From: an uncultured Ruminococcus sp.
GTDB lineage: Bacteria > Bacillota > Clostridia > Oscillospirales > Acutalibacteraceae
Assembly (NCBI GenBank): GCA_902792105.1
Contig: CADAYK010000001.1
Coordinates: forward strand, 4,823-68,822
Length of the DNA: 64,000 nt
Direction: 5' to 3'
Under the pieces are notes generated by a model, which made no database searches, was not told where the DNA came from, and saw only the letters and a program-made list of their open reading frames with translations. A program made the translations under genes and the position numbers. Within the stretch, counting starts at the first letter, position 1, and every line of letters begins with the position of its first letter. Below are positions 55,631-64,000 of the stretch, in pieces.

Positions 55631-57822
55631 GTAAATATTCAAACGTTGCGCATTATCAGGACTTTACCGAGCTTGAGAAAATTCTTGAACGCTCCGGAAA
55701 CAGTTATGATATGGATTTAATCAAAAAAGCGTATGATTACGCCGAAAAATGCCACGGAGATCAGCGCAGGGTTTCGGGAATTCCGTATATTCTTCACCCT
55801 ACCTCCGTCGCCTGTATTTTAGGCGAGCTGGGAATGGACACCGCGTCGATTTGCGGCGCGCTGCTTCACGACGTTGTTGAGGACACACCGGTTACCCTTG
55901 AAACTATCAGCAAGCTTTTCGGCGTTGAAATCGCCAAGCTGATCGACGGCGTAACCAAGATTTCAAAAATCCCGTATTCCTCGCGCGAGGAACAGCAGGC
56001 TGAAAATATCCGCAAAATGCTCATTGCCATGGCGGACGACATCAGAGTCATTATCATTAAGCTTGCCGACAGGCTTCACAATATGCGTACAATGGACTGT
56101 ATGCCCGAGCAAAAACGGCGCGACAAATCGCTTGAAAATATGCAGGTTTTTGCTCCTATCGCGCACCGTCTCGGTATTAAAACGGTTAAGGAGGAGCTCG
56201 AGGACCGTTCGCTCCAGTACCTTGATCCTATAGGTTACAAGGAAATAGAGGACACCCTGCTGATGACAGAGGAGGGCAGAGAGCGGTTTATCGAGTCGAT
56301 CAAGGAGCAGATCGTTGAAAAAACCAAGGACACTATACCAAATGTTTTTATCAGCGGCAGAGTTAAAAGCATAAACAGCATTTACCGCAAAACAATAATG
56401 CGCAACCAGACTATCGACCAGATTTTTGACGTGTTCGCGGTCAGGGTAATCGTTGACAACGTGCCCGACTGTTATAATGTTTTGGGCGTTGTTCACGATG
56501 TGTTCAAACCGATCCCCAACCGCTTTAAGGATTATATCTCAATGCCCAAGCCGAATATGTATCAGAGCCTGCACACCACGGTTCTTGACAAAAACGCCAT
56601 TCCGTTTGAGGTTCAGATCCGCACCTGGGAAATGCACTACACCGCCGAGTACGGAATAGCCGCCCACTGGAAATACAAGCTGGGAATGAGCGGAAACGAC
56701 AAGGACGACGACAGGCTTAAAAAGAATATCGAAAACGTAAAAAGTATGATCCTTGACCAGCTTGAGGCGGAGGACGCGACCGATATCGCAAGGAACATAC
56801 GCAACGATTTCGGCGAAAACGACGTTTATGTGTTCACCCCGAAGGGCGACGTTATGAACCTGCCCCGCGGCTCAACACCTATTGACTTGGCTTACCTTAT
56901 CCACACCCAGGTAGGTCACCGCATGGTCGGAGCAAAAATCAACGGAAAGATCGTTCCGATCGATTACAAGCTGCGCACCGGCGATATTTGCGAAATAATC
57001 ACACAAAAAAGCGAGCATCCCAACCGCTCGTGGATCGATATATGTAAAACAGCCTCGGCAAAGTCAAAAATCCGCCAGTGGTTCAAGCACGAACGCCGCG
57101 AGGAAAACATTGTCGAGGGCAAGCAAATGCTTGAACGGGAGTTTAAGCGACAGGGAATCAACCTTACAGAGGATGAATATCCCGAATTCTTTAAGAGCCT
57201 GACCGTTAAAAAGCAGTATAACACGCTTGACGATTTTTACGCGGCGATCGGCTACGGCGGAATCCAGCTTTGGAAAATCATGCCGCGGATCAAGGAAGAA
57301 TACCAAAAGACTTACGCGCATGATATAGAGAAAATCACCGTGCCGCAGGCTCCGGTAAGACGCAAAAAGGAAAGCTCGGGAGTAATTATCGAGGGCAACG
57401 ACGATGTATTGGTAAAATTCTCCAACTGCTGCAACCCTCTGCCGGGCGATGAAATTATAGGTTATATCACGCGCGGCTACGGCGTTTCAATACACAAGCG
57501 CAGCTGCACAAATGTTCCGGACGACCTGAGCAAATGCGAGGATCCCCGGCGCTGGGTGAAGGCTCACTGGGAAGAAAAAACGGGCGAAACGTTCCGCAGC
57601 ACGCTTCAAATCATAGCAAACGACCGCACCGGCTTCCTTGCCGACCTGACGATCAAGCTTTCGCAAATGCACATTTTTATTCACACGCTGAATTCGCGCG
57701 AGGTAAAAAACGGCAAGGCTGTCGTCACCGTTACGATTGACGTTGCCGGACGCGACCACCTGCGCGGAGTCATCTCAAAGCTCAGCGACATTAACGGAAT
57801 AGAGGAGATCAACAGAATCTGA
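55627..57822 (+). CDS. relA: bifunctional (p)ppGpp synthetase/hydrolase
   Basis: HD motif LLHDVVEDT, YQSLHT, EVQIRT, TGS and ACT domains. Confidence 0.96.
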   Translation: MSKYSNVAHYQDFTELEKILERSGNSYDMDLIKKAYDYAEKCHGDQRRVSGIPYILHPTSVACILGELGMDTASICGALLHDVVEDTPVTLETISKLFGVEIAKLIDGVTKISKIPYSSREEQQAENIRKMLIAMADDIRVIIIKLADRLHNMRTMDCMPEQKRRDKSLENMQVFAPIAHRLGIKTVKEELEDRSLQYLDPIGYKEIEDTLLMTEEGRERFIESIKEQIVEKTKDTIPNVFISGRVKSINSIYRKTIMRNQTIDQIFDVFAVRVIVDNVPDCYNVLGVVHDVFKPIPNRFKDYISMPKPNMYQSLHTTVLDKNAIPFEVQIRTWEMHYTAEYGIAAHWKYKLGMSGNDKDDDRLKKNIENVKSMILDQLEAEDATDIARNIRNDFGENDVYVFTPKGDVMNLPRGSTPIDLAYLIHTQVGHRMVGAKINGKIVPIDYKLRTGDICEIITQKSEHPNRSWIDICKTASAKSKIRQWFKHERREENIVEGKQMLEREFKRQGINLTEDEYPEFFKSLTVKKQYNTLDDFYAAIGYGGIQLWKIMPRIKEEYQKTYAHDIEKITVPQAPVRRKKESSGVIIEGNDDVLVKFSNCCNPLPGDEIIGYITRGYGVSIHKRSCTNVPDDLSKCEDPRRWVKAHWEEKTGETFRSTLQIIANDRTGFLADLTIKLSQMHIFIHTLNSREVKNGKAVVTVTIDVAGRDHLRGVISKLSDINGIEEINRI

Positions 57823-58277
57823 TGAAAGCTATAATTCAAAGAGTAAGCACCGCTTCGGTTGCCGTTGACGGTGAAATTAAGGGAAAAATCGGCAAAGGCT
57901 TCCTTATTTTGCTCGGTGTTGAGCAGGAGGACGACGAAACCGAGGCAAAAGTGCTCGCAAAAAAGGTTGCGGGGCTCAGGATCTTTACCGATGAAAACGA
58001 CAAAATGAACCTTGCGCTTCAGGACGTCGGCGGAGGCGCGCTGGTGATTTCAAACTTTACGCTGTGCGCCGACTGCTCACACGGAAGAAGGCCGAGTTTT
58101 ATCGCCGCCGCAAGACCTGAAAAGGCAGAGCCGCTGTATGAATACTATTGCTCTCAGCTTGCGCAAAACGGCGTGACTCAGGTCGAAAAGGGAGTTTTCG
58201 GCGCAGATATGCAGGTTTCGCTCGTAAACGACGGACCTGTTACAATTGAAATAAATTCAAAGGATTTGAAAAGATGA
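57822..58277 (+). CDS. dtd: D-aminoacyl-tRNA deacylase
   Basis: IIQRV, SNFTL, GRRPSF, NDGPVT. Confidence 0.95.
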   Translation: MKAIIQRVSTASVAVDGEIKGKIGKGFLILLGVEQEDDETEAKVLAKKVAGLRIFTDENDKMNLALQDVGGGALVISNFTLCADCSHGRRPSFIAAARPEKAEPLYEYYCSQLAQNGVTQVEKGVFGADMQVSLVNDGPVTIEINSKDLKR

Positions 58278-58900
58278 TTAAAATCAGAATTTACCCCGTG
58301 ACCATGATCGGCACAAACTGCTCCTATATTGTTGACGAGGCTACGGGAAAGGCTGCGGTTACCGATCCGGGCGAAAAATCGGAAGAGCTGATCAGCCGGA
58401 TCAGGGAGGACGGCGGAAGGCTTGAATATGTTTTGCTTACACACGGTCATTACGACCATATTTGCTTTGCAAAGCAGCTTGCCGATATGTTCGGCGCTAA
58501 GGTTGTAACGGGAGCGGCAAACGCGGAGTTTCTTCAGAATACCGAATATAACGGCACAAGAGTTCACGGCATTGACTTTACCCCGTTTGAAGCCGATATT
58601 TTGCTTAACGACGGAGACAAATTTATGCTCGGCGAAACGGAATTCACCTACATTACCACTCCGGGACACACAAAGGGCTGCGGAGTTTTCATCGCGGACG
58701 GTGTTATGTTCGCAGGCGATACTTTGTTTTGCGAGTCCTACGGAAGAACCGATTTGCCCACCGGCGACGAAGCGCAAATGGTTCAGTCGCTTAAAAAGCT
58801 TAAGGAGCTTGACGGCGATTATCAGGTCATTCCCGGTCACGGTCCCATGACCACGCTCGAGCACGAAAGGCGTTACAATCCCCTTATGAGGATGCTGTAG
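58274..58900 (+). CDS. MBL-fold metallo-hydrolase
   Basis: THGHYDH, TPGHT, GDTLF, PGHG. Confidence 0.92.
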   Translation: MIKIRIYPVTMIGTNCSYIVDEATGKAAVTDPGEKSEELISRIREDGGRLEYVLLTHGHYDHICFAKQLADMFGAKVVTGAANAEFLQNTEYNGTRVHGIDFTPFEADILLNDGDKFMLGETEFTYITTPGHTKGCGVFIADGVMFAGDTLFCESYGRTDLPTGDEAQMVQSLKKLKELDGDYQVIPGHGPMTTLEHERRYNPLMRML

Positions 58901-58901
58901 C

Positions 58902-60350
58902 ATGAATTTATACGTTAAAAACAACCCGTTTTGGTTCGAGCTTGAAAACCTTACACGGCTGTATTTCCCAAATGAAAAAATTATTGTTATCAGGGAATTT
59001 GACAGCGTTGAAAAGCCCTTTATTTACGCCGAAGTGTTTGACGAGATCCGCGTGCGGGTAAGCATAGGCGGCTTTGACAGGGAAGAAACCGCTGCTTTGG
59101 GCGCGGACAAAAATGAAACCGAGCTTCACGCGGTTCAGCTGCTTTACCGGATTTTGCGCGATTTCAGCGGTATTTCACAGCCGTGGGGACTGCTGACGGG
59201 AGTTCGCCCGGTCAAGCTTTTAAGAAATCTTTCGGCTGAGCACGGACAGGAGAAAGCGCGGCAAATGTTCACGGATGAGTTTTTTGTAAGCAGAGAAAAG
59301 CTCAGGCTCGCCGCGCTGACAGAGGAAAACGAGGCAAAGATCCTTTCGCTGTCAAAGCCCGAATCCTTCAGCTTGTATGTGGGTATCCCGTTTTGTCCGT
59401 CAAGATGCAGCTATTGTTCGTTTGTTATGGCGTCTGTTGAACGCGCGAAAAAGCTGATGGAGCCTTACGTTAGGCTGTTGTGCCGCGAGCTTGAGGAAAC
59501 GGCGCGTATAGCCCGTGAACTCGGGCTGAGGCTTGAAAGCGTTTATTTCGGCGGCGGAACACCCACTACCCTTAACGCCGAACAGCTTGACACAGTGATT
59601 AAAACGGTAAGAAGCAGCTTTGACTTGTCAAACTGCCGCGAGTTTACCGTTGAAGCAGGACGGCCCGATACGATCGACAAAGAACGACTTTATTCCTTAA
59701 AAGAAAATAAAGTCGACAGAATAAGCATAAATCCGCAGACGCTCAACCCCGAAACGCTTGCTGAAATAGGACGAAAGCACACGGTTGAGGATTTTTACCG
59801 TGCCTTTGAGCTTGCGAGGAGCTGCGGCTTTGACAATATCAACACCGACCTTATCGCAGGGCTTCCCGGCGACAGTGTTGAAAGCTTTAAACACTCGCTT
59901 GACGAGATCCTGAGGCTCAACGCCGAAAGCGTAACCGTTCATACTCTTTGCGTAAAACGCGCCGCGACGCTAACCACGGAAGGAGTTACCCTTAACAGGG
60001 AGGACGCCGTCAGGGCGCGAAATATGATCAACTACGCTCAGGACAGACTGACGCTCGGGGAATACCTTCCGTATTACCTTTACCGTCAAACCAGAATGGT
60101 GGGCAACCTTGAAAACGTCGGCTGGGCTAAAAAAGGGTGCGAAAGCTACTATAATGTTTATGTTATGGATGAAACCCATACCATACTCGCCTGCGGTTCC
60201 GGCGGTGTAAGCAAGCTGAAAAATTATAAAACCGGTAATCTTGAACGGATATTTAATTTTAAGTACCCGTATGAATATATAGACAGATTTGATGAATTGA
60301 TAAAAAGAAAACAGGCAATTACACGGTTTTACAGTCAATTATTAGGTTGA
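58902..60350 (+). CDS. hemZ: radical SAM HemZ (coproporphyrinogen dehydrogenase-like)
   Basis: PWGLLTGVRP, CPSRCSYC, GGGTPT, EAGRPD. Confidence 0.9.
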   Translation: MNLYVKNNPFWFELENLTRLYFPNEKIIVIREFDSVEKPFIYAEVFDEIRVRVSIGGFDREETAALGADKNETELHAVQLLYRILRDFSGISQPWGLLTGVRPVKLLRNLSAEHGQEKARQMFTDEFFVSREKLRLAALTEENEAKILSLSKPESFSLYVGIPFCPSRCSYCSFVMASVERAKKLMEPYVRLLCRELEETARIARELGLRLESVYFGGGTPTTLNAEQLDTVIKTVRSSFDLSNCREFTVEAGRPDTIDKERLYSLKENKVDRISINPQTLNPETLAEIGRKHTVEDFYRAFELARSCGFDNINTDLIAGLPGDSVESFKHSLDEILRLNAESVTVHTLCVKRAATLTTEGVTLNREDAVRARNMINYAQDRLTLGEYLPYYLYRQTRMVGNLENVGWAKKGCESYYNVYVMDETHTILACGSGGVSKLKNYKTGNLERIFNFKYPYEYIDRFDELIKRKQAITRFYSQLLG

Positions 60351-60417
60351 TTATTTTGATAAAACGTGTTATAATATTTGAAATTAAAAACACAATAAAA
60401 AGAAAGGTTTGATTTTA

Positions 60418-61068
60418 ATGGGAAAATTTGATACATTTTTTGATGACGCCGTTGTTAACGCAAAGGCTGCTGCATCCGCAGTTTCAAAAAAAGCCGTTAC
60501 TTTTTATGACGCTTCCAAGCATAAGATTTCCGCAGCTGAAATCAGAGGCGAAATCAACAAGAAGCTTAAGGAGCTCGGCAAAATAACATATAAGTCAGAG
60601 GTTCACGGCACTGATCTGTTTGCCGAAAAAGAGCAGCTTATCGCCGAGATCAAGGAGCTTATCGAAAACCTCAACATTATCAACGGTCACATCGCCGCTA
60701 TAAAAAGCCAGAGAAAATGCCCCCAGTGCGAGGCAAGGGTTCCCAAGAACTCCGTTTTTTGCAACATCTGCGGAACAAAGCTTGAAGAGGCTTCCGCCGA
60801 GCAGGCTGTAATGGCAACGGCACCGGCAGCTGACGAGGAAATCAAGGCTGAGGAACCGGCTGAGGTTGTTGAAGAAGCGGCAGAGGACGAAGTTTTGGAC
60901 GAGGTTACCCAAGAACCCGAGGCACCGGTTGAGGAAGAAGCTTTAAAGGCTGTTGACTTTGAAGCCGAAGCAGCTGTCGAGCCTGTGCAGGCTTTTGAAC
61001 CCGAAAAAGCTGAAGCCGCTCAGGATACCGTTGTTGTTGACGATTCGTCAGACGATTTGTTTGTATAA
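60418..61068 (+). CDS. zinc-ribbon protein with acidic low-complexity C-terminus
   Basis: coiled-coil N-terminus, CPQC...FCNICG, Glu/Ala-rich tail. Promoter TTGATT-17-TATAAT at 60347-60375. Confidence 0.8.
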   Translation: MGKFDTFFDDAVVNAKAAASAVSKKAVTFYDASKHKISAAEIRGEINKKLKELGKITYKSEVHGTDLFAEKEQLIAEIKELIENLNIINGHIAAIKSQRKCPQCEARVPKNSVFCNICGTKLEEASAEQAVMATAPAADEEIKAEEPAEVVEEAAEDEVLDEVTQEPEAPVEEEALKAVDFEAEAAVEPVQAFEPEKAEAAQDTVVVDDSSDDLFV

Positions 61069-61214
61069 TTAACAGCGCATTTAATTCTTTTTCAGAAAAT
61101 AAATTTAAAACAACAAAATAAATACCAAGGGGAGGCTCAAAACGAGCCTCCCAAGTTGTGTATGGCGTAATTTTGTGCCAAACACATAATACTGTTATAT
61201 TTGGGGGATTAATT

Positions 61215-63014
61215 TTGTCAAAAAAATATAACGCGGTTGCGAGCGCTGAAGAAAACGCGTCGCAGGCATTTGTCAAGGGCGCGGCAATACTGACCGTAAG
61301 CATGATAATCGTCAAGATTTTCGGACTTCTTGACAAGGTCATACTTGCCGATATTTACTCGATGTTCGGCGACAGCTTCGCCTCGATGGGCGTTGGACTT
61401 TACAACAATGCTTACGAGATTTTTGTTCTTATCTTTACGGTCGCTACAGGCGGACTTCCAATTGTAATTTCAAGGTTGATTTCACAGAATATGGCGGAAA
61501 AACGTTACAAAGACGTAAAGCTTGTTCACAGGCTTTCCATTCCGATTTTTCTGTTTGTAGGGCTTGTTTGCATGCTCGGAATGCTGTTAGCCAGCTTTCC
61601 GTACGCATTCAGTGTAATAAAGTCCCCTTATGCCGTTTACGCTATGATGGCGCTTGCGCCGACCATTCTTTTCGGCTGTCTTACTTCGATTTACCGCGGC
61701 TATTTTGAAGGTCAGCGCAATATGTTCCCGACAGCTGTGTCCGAGGTAGTCGAGGCGGTTGTAAAGCTTGTTTTGGGCGCGCTGTTCGCGTTTTTGATTA
61801 TGAAGTACGGCATGGAATCATATCGCCACAACGGCACGTTTCTGTTTTTCCATTTTAAAAACCATGCAGATGCACACAACACAATTCTTGCGTTTTCCGT
61901 TGCCGGAAACATCTGCGGAATTTCCATTGCGAGCTTTTGTTCGTTTATGTATCTGCTTTTGAAGTACAAAATCGGCGGCGACGGTATCCCGAAGCAGTAT
62001 TACGAAGCTTCTGTTGCCGCAAGAAGCAGTAAAGCCACGCTTAGTATAATTATTAAAACCGCTTTGCCTATTGTCGGCGGCACGCTGGTAATGAGCATAG
62101 GTTCGATCATTGACGCGTCAATTATTCAAAACGTGCTTTATAATATGGCGGCGACCAATGCCGACGCTTTGTTTGAGCAGTATCACAAGTTTTATCCGCC
62201 TGAGGTGTTCTACGGCGAAAAAACTACCATACACACCAGCCTTTGGGGCTGCTACGGTTCTTCGCTTACGCTTATGCAGCTTGTAACCGCGGTAACCCAG
62301 GTGTTTGGTTCAAGCGCAATGCCCAACGTTACAAGCGCGTGGACAAAGGGCAACAAGCAAGAGCTTAAAAGCTCGATCGACACCGTGCTTAAAATGACGA
62401 TGATGTTTACCTTGCCAATGGCGTTTGGACTTTCGGTGCTTTCGCATTCCGTAATGGGCTTTATCTATTCAAGCCCCGACATCATAAACATAGGCGGAAA
62501 CGTGCTTACCCTTATGGGAATCACAACGATATTTACCGCCATAATTACACCGATTTGCAGTATGCTCAACGGTATAGGCAAGGTTAAGCTTCCGATGATT
62601 TTGTACACGGTTTGCATGTTGGTTAAAATCGGTACATCATGGATTTTTGTAAGCATTCCCGGAATCAACATTCAGGGCGCCACGGCAGGCTCGCTCATAT
62701 CTTACGCGCTTATCTGTGTTATCGGCATTTACCTGCTTGTAAAATACAGCAAGGTCACGCCCGATTTCTTCAGCACCACCGTAAAACCGCTTATCGGCGC
62801 GGTTTGCAGCAGCGTTACCGCTTACTTTGTAAACCTGCTTTTGCAGCCGGTTGTTAACCACAGAATAGCCACGGCGCTTGCAATAGTTGCGGCAGCAATA
62901 GTTTATATTGCAATTTTACTAATTATTAGAACGTTTAAGGCTGAAGAAATCAAAATTCTGCCAAAAGGTGAAAAAATTGCAAAAACACTTGAAAAATTAC
63001 ACCTAATTGGGTAA
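61215..63014 (+). CDS. MOP-superfamily flippase (YabM/SpoVB-like polysaccharide biosynthesis protein)
   Basis: FVKGAAILT, GLPIVIS, YRGYFEG, many TM segments; upstream of mazG-hup; TTG start after GGGGG. Confidence 0.85.
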   Translation: MSKKYNAVASAEENASQAFVKGAAILTVSMIIVKIFGLLDKVILADIYSMFGDSFASMGVGLYNNAYEIFVLIFTVATGGLPIVISRLISQNMAEKRYKDVKLVHRLSIPIFLFVGLVCMLGMLLASFPYAFSVIKSPYAVYAMMALAPTILFGCLTSIYRGYFEGQRNMFPTAVSEVVEAVVKLVLGALFAFLIMKYGMESYRHNGTFLFFHFKNHADAHNTILAFSVAGNICGISIASFCSFMYLLLKYKIGGDGIPKQYYEASVAARSSKATLSIIIKTALPIVGGTLVMSIGSIIDASIIQNVLYNMAATNADALFEQYHKFYPPEVFYGEKTTIHTSLWGCYGSSLTLMQLVTAVTQVFGSSAMPNVTSAWTKGNKQELKSSIDTVLKMTMMFTLPMAFGLSVLSHSVMGFIYSSPDIINIGGNVLTLMGITTIFTAIITPICSMLNGIGKVKLPMILYTVCMLVKIGTSWIFVSIPGINIQGATAGSLISYALICVIGIYLLVKYSKVTPDFFSTTVKPLIGAVCSSVTAYFVNLLLQPVVNHRIATALAIVAAAIVYIAILLIIRTFKAEEIKILPKGEKIAKTLEKLHLIG

Positions 63015-63055
63015 AATAAGTAATTGTAGGAATTAATAATTTCGGGGTATTCACT

Positions 63056-63868
63056 ATGCAATTTACAGAAAAATCCGTTTACGGATTTGATGACTTGATT
63101 GAGATAGTCAAAATTTTAAGAGCGCCCGACGGCTGTCCTTGGGACAGGGAACAGACGCACAAATCTATCCGGTCAAATTTTATTGAAGAAACCTATGAGG
63201 CGGTCGAGGCTATCGACACCGAAGATTCCGCTCTTTTAAAAGAGGAGCTCGGCGACGTATTGCTTCAGGTTGCTTTGCACAGTCAAATGGAAAGCGAAGC
63301 AGAACGTTTTGACCTTAACGATGTTGTTGATGAGCTTTGCAAAAAGCTTATTGTACGTCATCCTCATGTGTTTGGCGATAAAAGTGCCGGTAATGTTGAT
63401 GAAGCTCTTTCAAACTGGGACGCTGTAAAAAGAAAGACAAAGGCTCAGAAAACTCACACCCAGGCGATTCAGGGCGTTTCCAAGGCTTTGCCTTCGCTTA
63501 TGCGCAGTGAAAAGATCCAGCGCAAGGCGCACAGGGCAGGAATGGACTTTGAGTCTGTTGAGGGAGCGGTTAAGAAGCTTAACGAGGAATGCACCGAGCT
63601 TGATATTGCGATTCGTCACGGAAGTGAAAGAAACCGTTATGAAGAAATCGGCGACGTGCTGTTTTCTACCGTTAATGTTGCGCGCTTTCTTAATGTTGAC
63701 AGCGAACGCGCTTTGTATGATTCCTGCGATAAATTTGTTGAACGTTTCGCGTTGCTTGAAAAGCTTGCCGTTGAACGCGGAATAGAGATGGAAACGGCGC
63801 CAATTTCGCAGCTTGATTCCCTTTGGGATGAAGTAAAAATAAAGTTAAAAGAAAACAATGGAGGTTAA
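63056..63868 (+). CDS. mazG: nucleoside triphosphate pyrophosphohydrolase MazG
   Basis: GCPWDREQTH, EELGDVLLQ, RHPHVFG, EEIGDVLF. Confidence 0.94.
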   Translation: MQFTEKSVYGFDDLIEIVKILRAPDGCPWDREQTHKSIRSNFIEETYEAVEAIDTEDSALLKEELGDVLLQVALHSQMESEAERFDLNDVVDELCKKLIVRHPHVFGDKSAGNVDEALSNWDAVKRKTKAQKTHTQAIQGVSKALPSLMRSEKIQRKAHRAGMDFESVEGAVKKLNEECTELDIAIRHGSERNRYEEIGDVLFSTVNVARFLNVDSERALYDSCDKFVERFALLEKLAVERGIEMETAPISQLDSLWDEVKIKLKENNGG

Positions 63869-63874
63869 TCTATC

Positions 63875-64000
63875 ATGAAAAAGACAGAACTTATTGCTGC
63901 TATTGCAGAACAGGCAGGTCTTTCAAAGAAGGATGCAGAGAAGGCTCTCACAGCAACTCTTGATACAATCATTAAGGCAGTTGCAGCCGGTGATAAGATT
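63875..64000 (+). CDS. hup: DNA-binding protein HU (5' part, runs off the window)
   Basis: MKKTELIAAIAEQAGLSKKDAEKAL; RBS GGAGG. Confidence 0.92.
   Translation, partial: MKKTELIAAIAEQAGLSKKDAEKALTATLDTIIKAVAAGDKI

Noticed and set aside
60780-61068. Glu/Ala-rich quasi-repeats in the zinc-ribbon protein tail
   Set aside because: Ordinary low-complexity disordered tail with no exact DNA repeat unit.
1-64000. Impression that the plus strand is more C-rich on the left and more G-rich right of ~39 kb
   Set aside because: Only spot-checked by eye. There is no dnaA, DnaA-box cluster or recognisable dif site; a cumulative GC-skew calculation would be needed.

Overview
A 64-kb chromosomal segment from a spore-forming, starch-adapted clostridial gut bacterium. 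The Ruminococcus bromii-like (Oscillospiraceae) assignment is inferred from a dockerin-bearing CBM74-like protein, the sporulation genes and the gene order. The left ~25 kb is accessory and regulatory: a two-gene SufC/SufB-like Fe-S system, a sugar ABC importer, yaaA/bcp, a DtxR-type regulator, threonine dehydratase-ridA, csoR-copA, a spoIIQ-like gene, a Zur-type regulator with znuACB, and a pnuC-like transporter. The middle holds spoVM, a CBM74/cohesin-like/dockerin protein, sipL-spoIVA, oadG/oadB, an orphan cpsC/cpsD pair, secDF and a gerA-type operon. The right ~21 kb is housekeeping (hprK to hup). I saw no rRNA, tRNA, CRISPR array, transposase or prophage. The best novelty candidates lie outside the ORF track: (1) a ~90-100 nt non-coding transcript with a consensus promoter, a perfect palindromic operator over its start and a terminator, divergent from an Fe-type DtxR regulator (candidate iron-sparing sRNA); (2) an adjacent ~450-bp three-armed palindromic element; (3) a terminator/anti-terminator leader upstream of pnuC; (4) unannotated sporulation microproteins; (5) a non-catalytic CBM74-like protein with two cohesin-like modules and a dockerin. 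All family assignments come from motif recognition by eye; no database searches were run.
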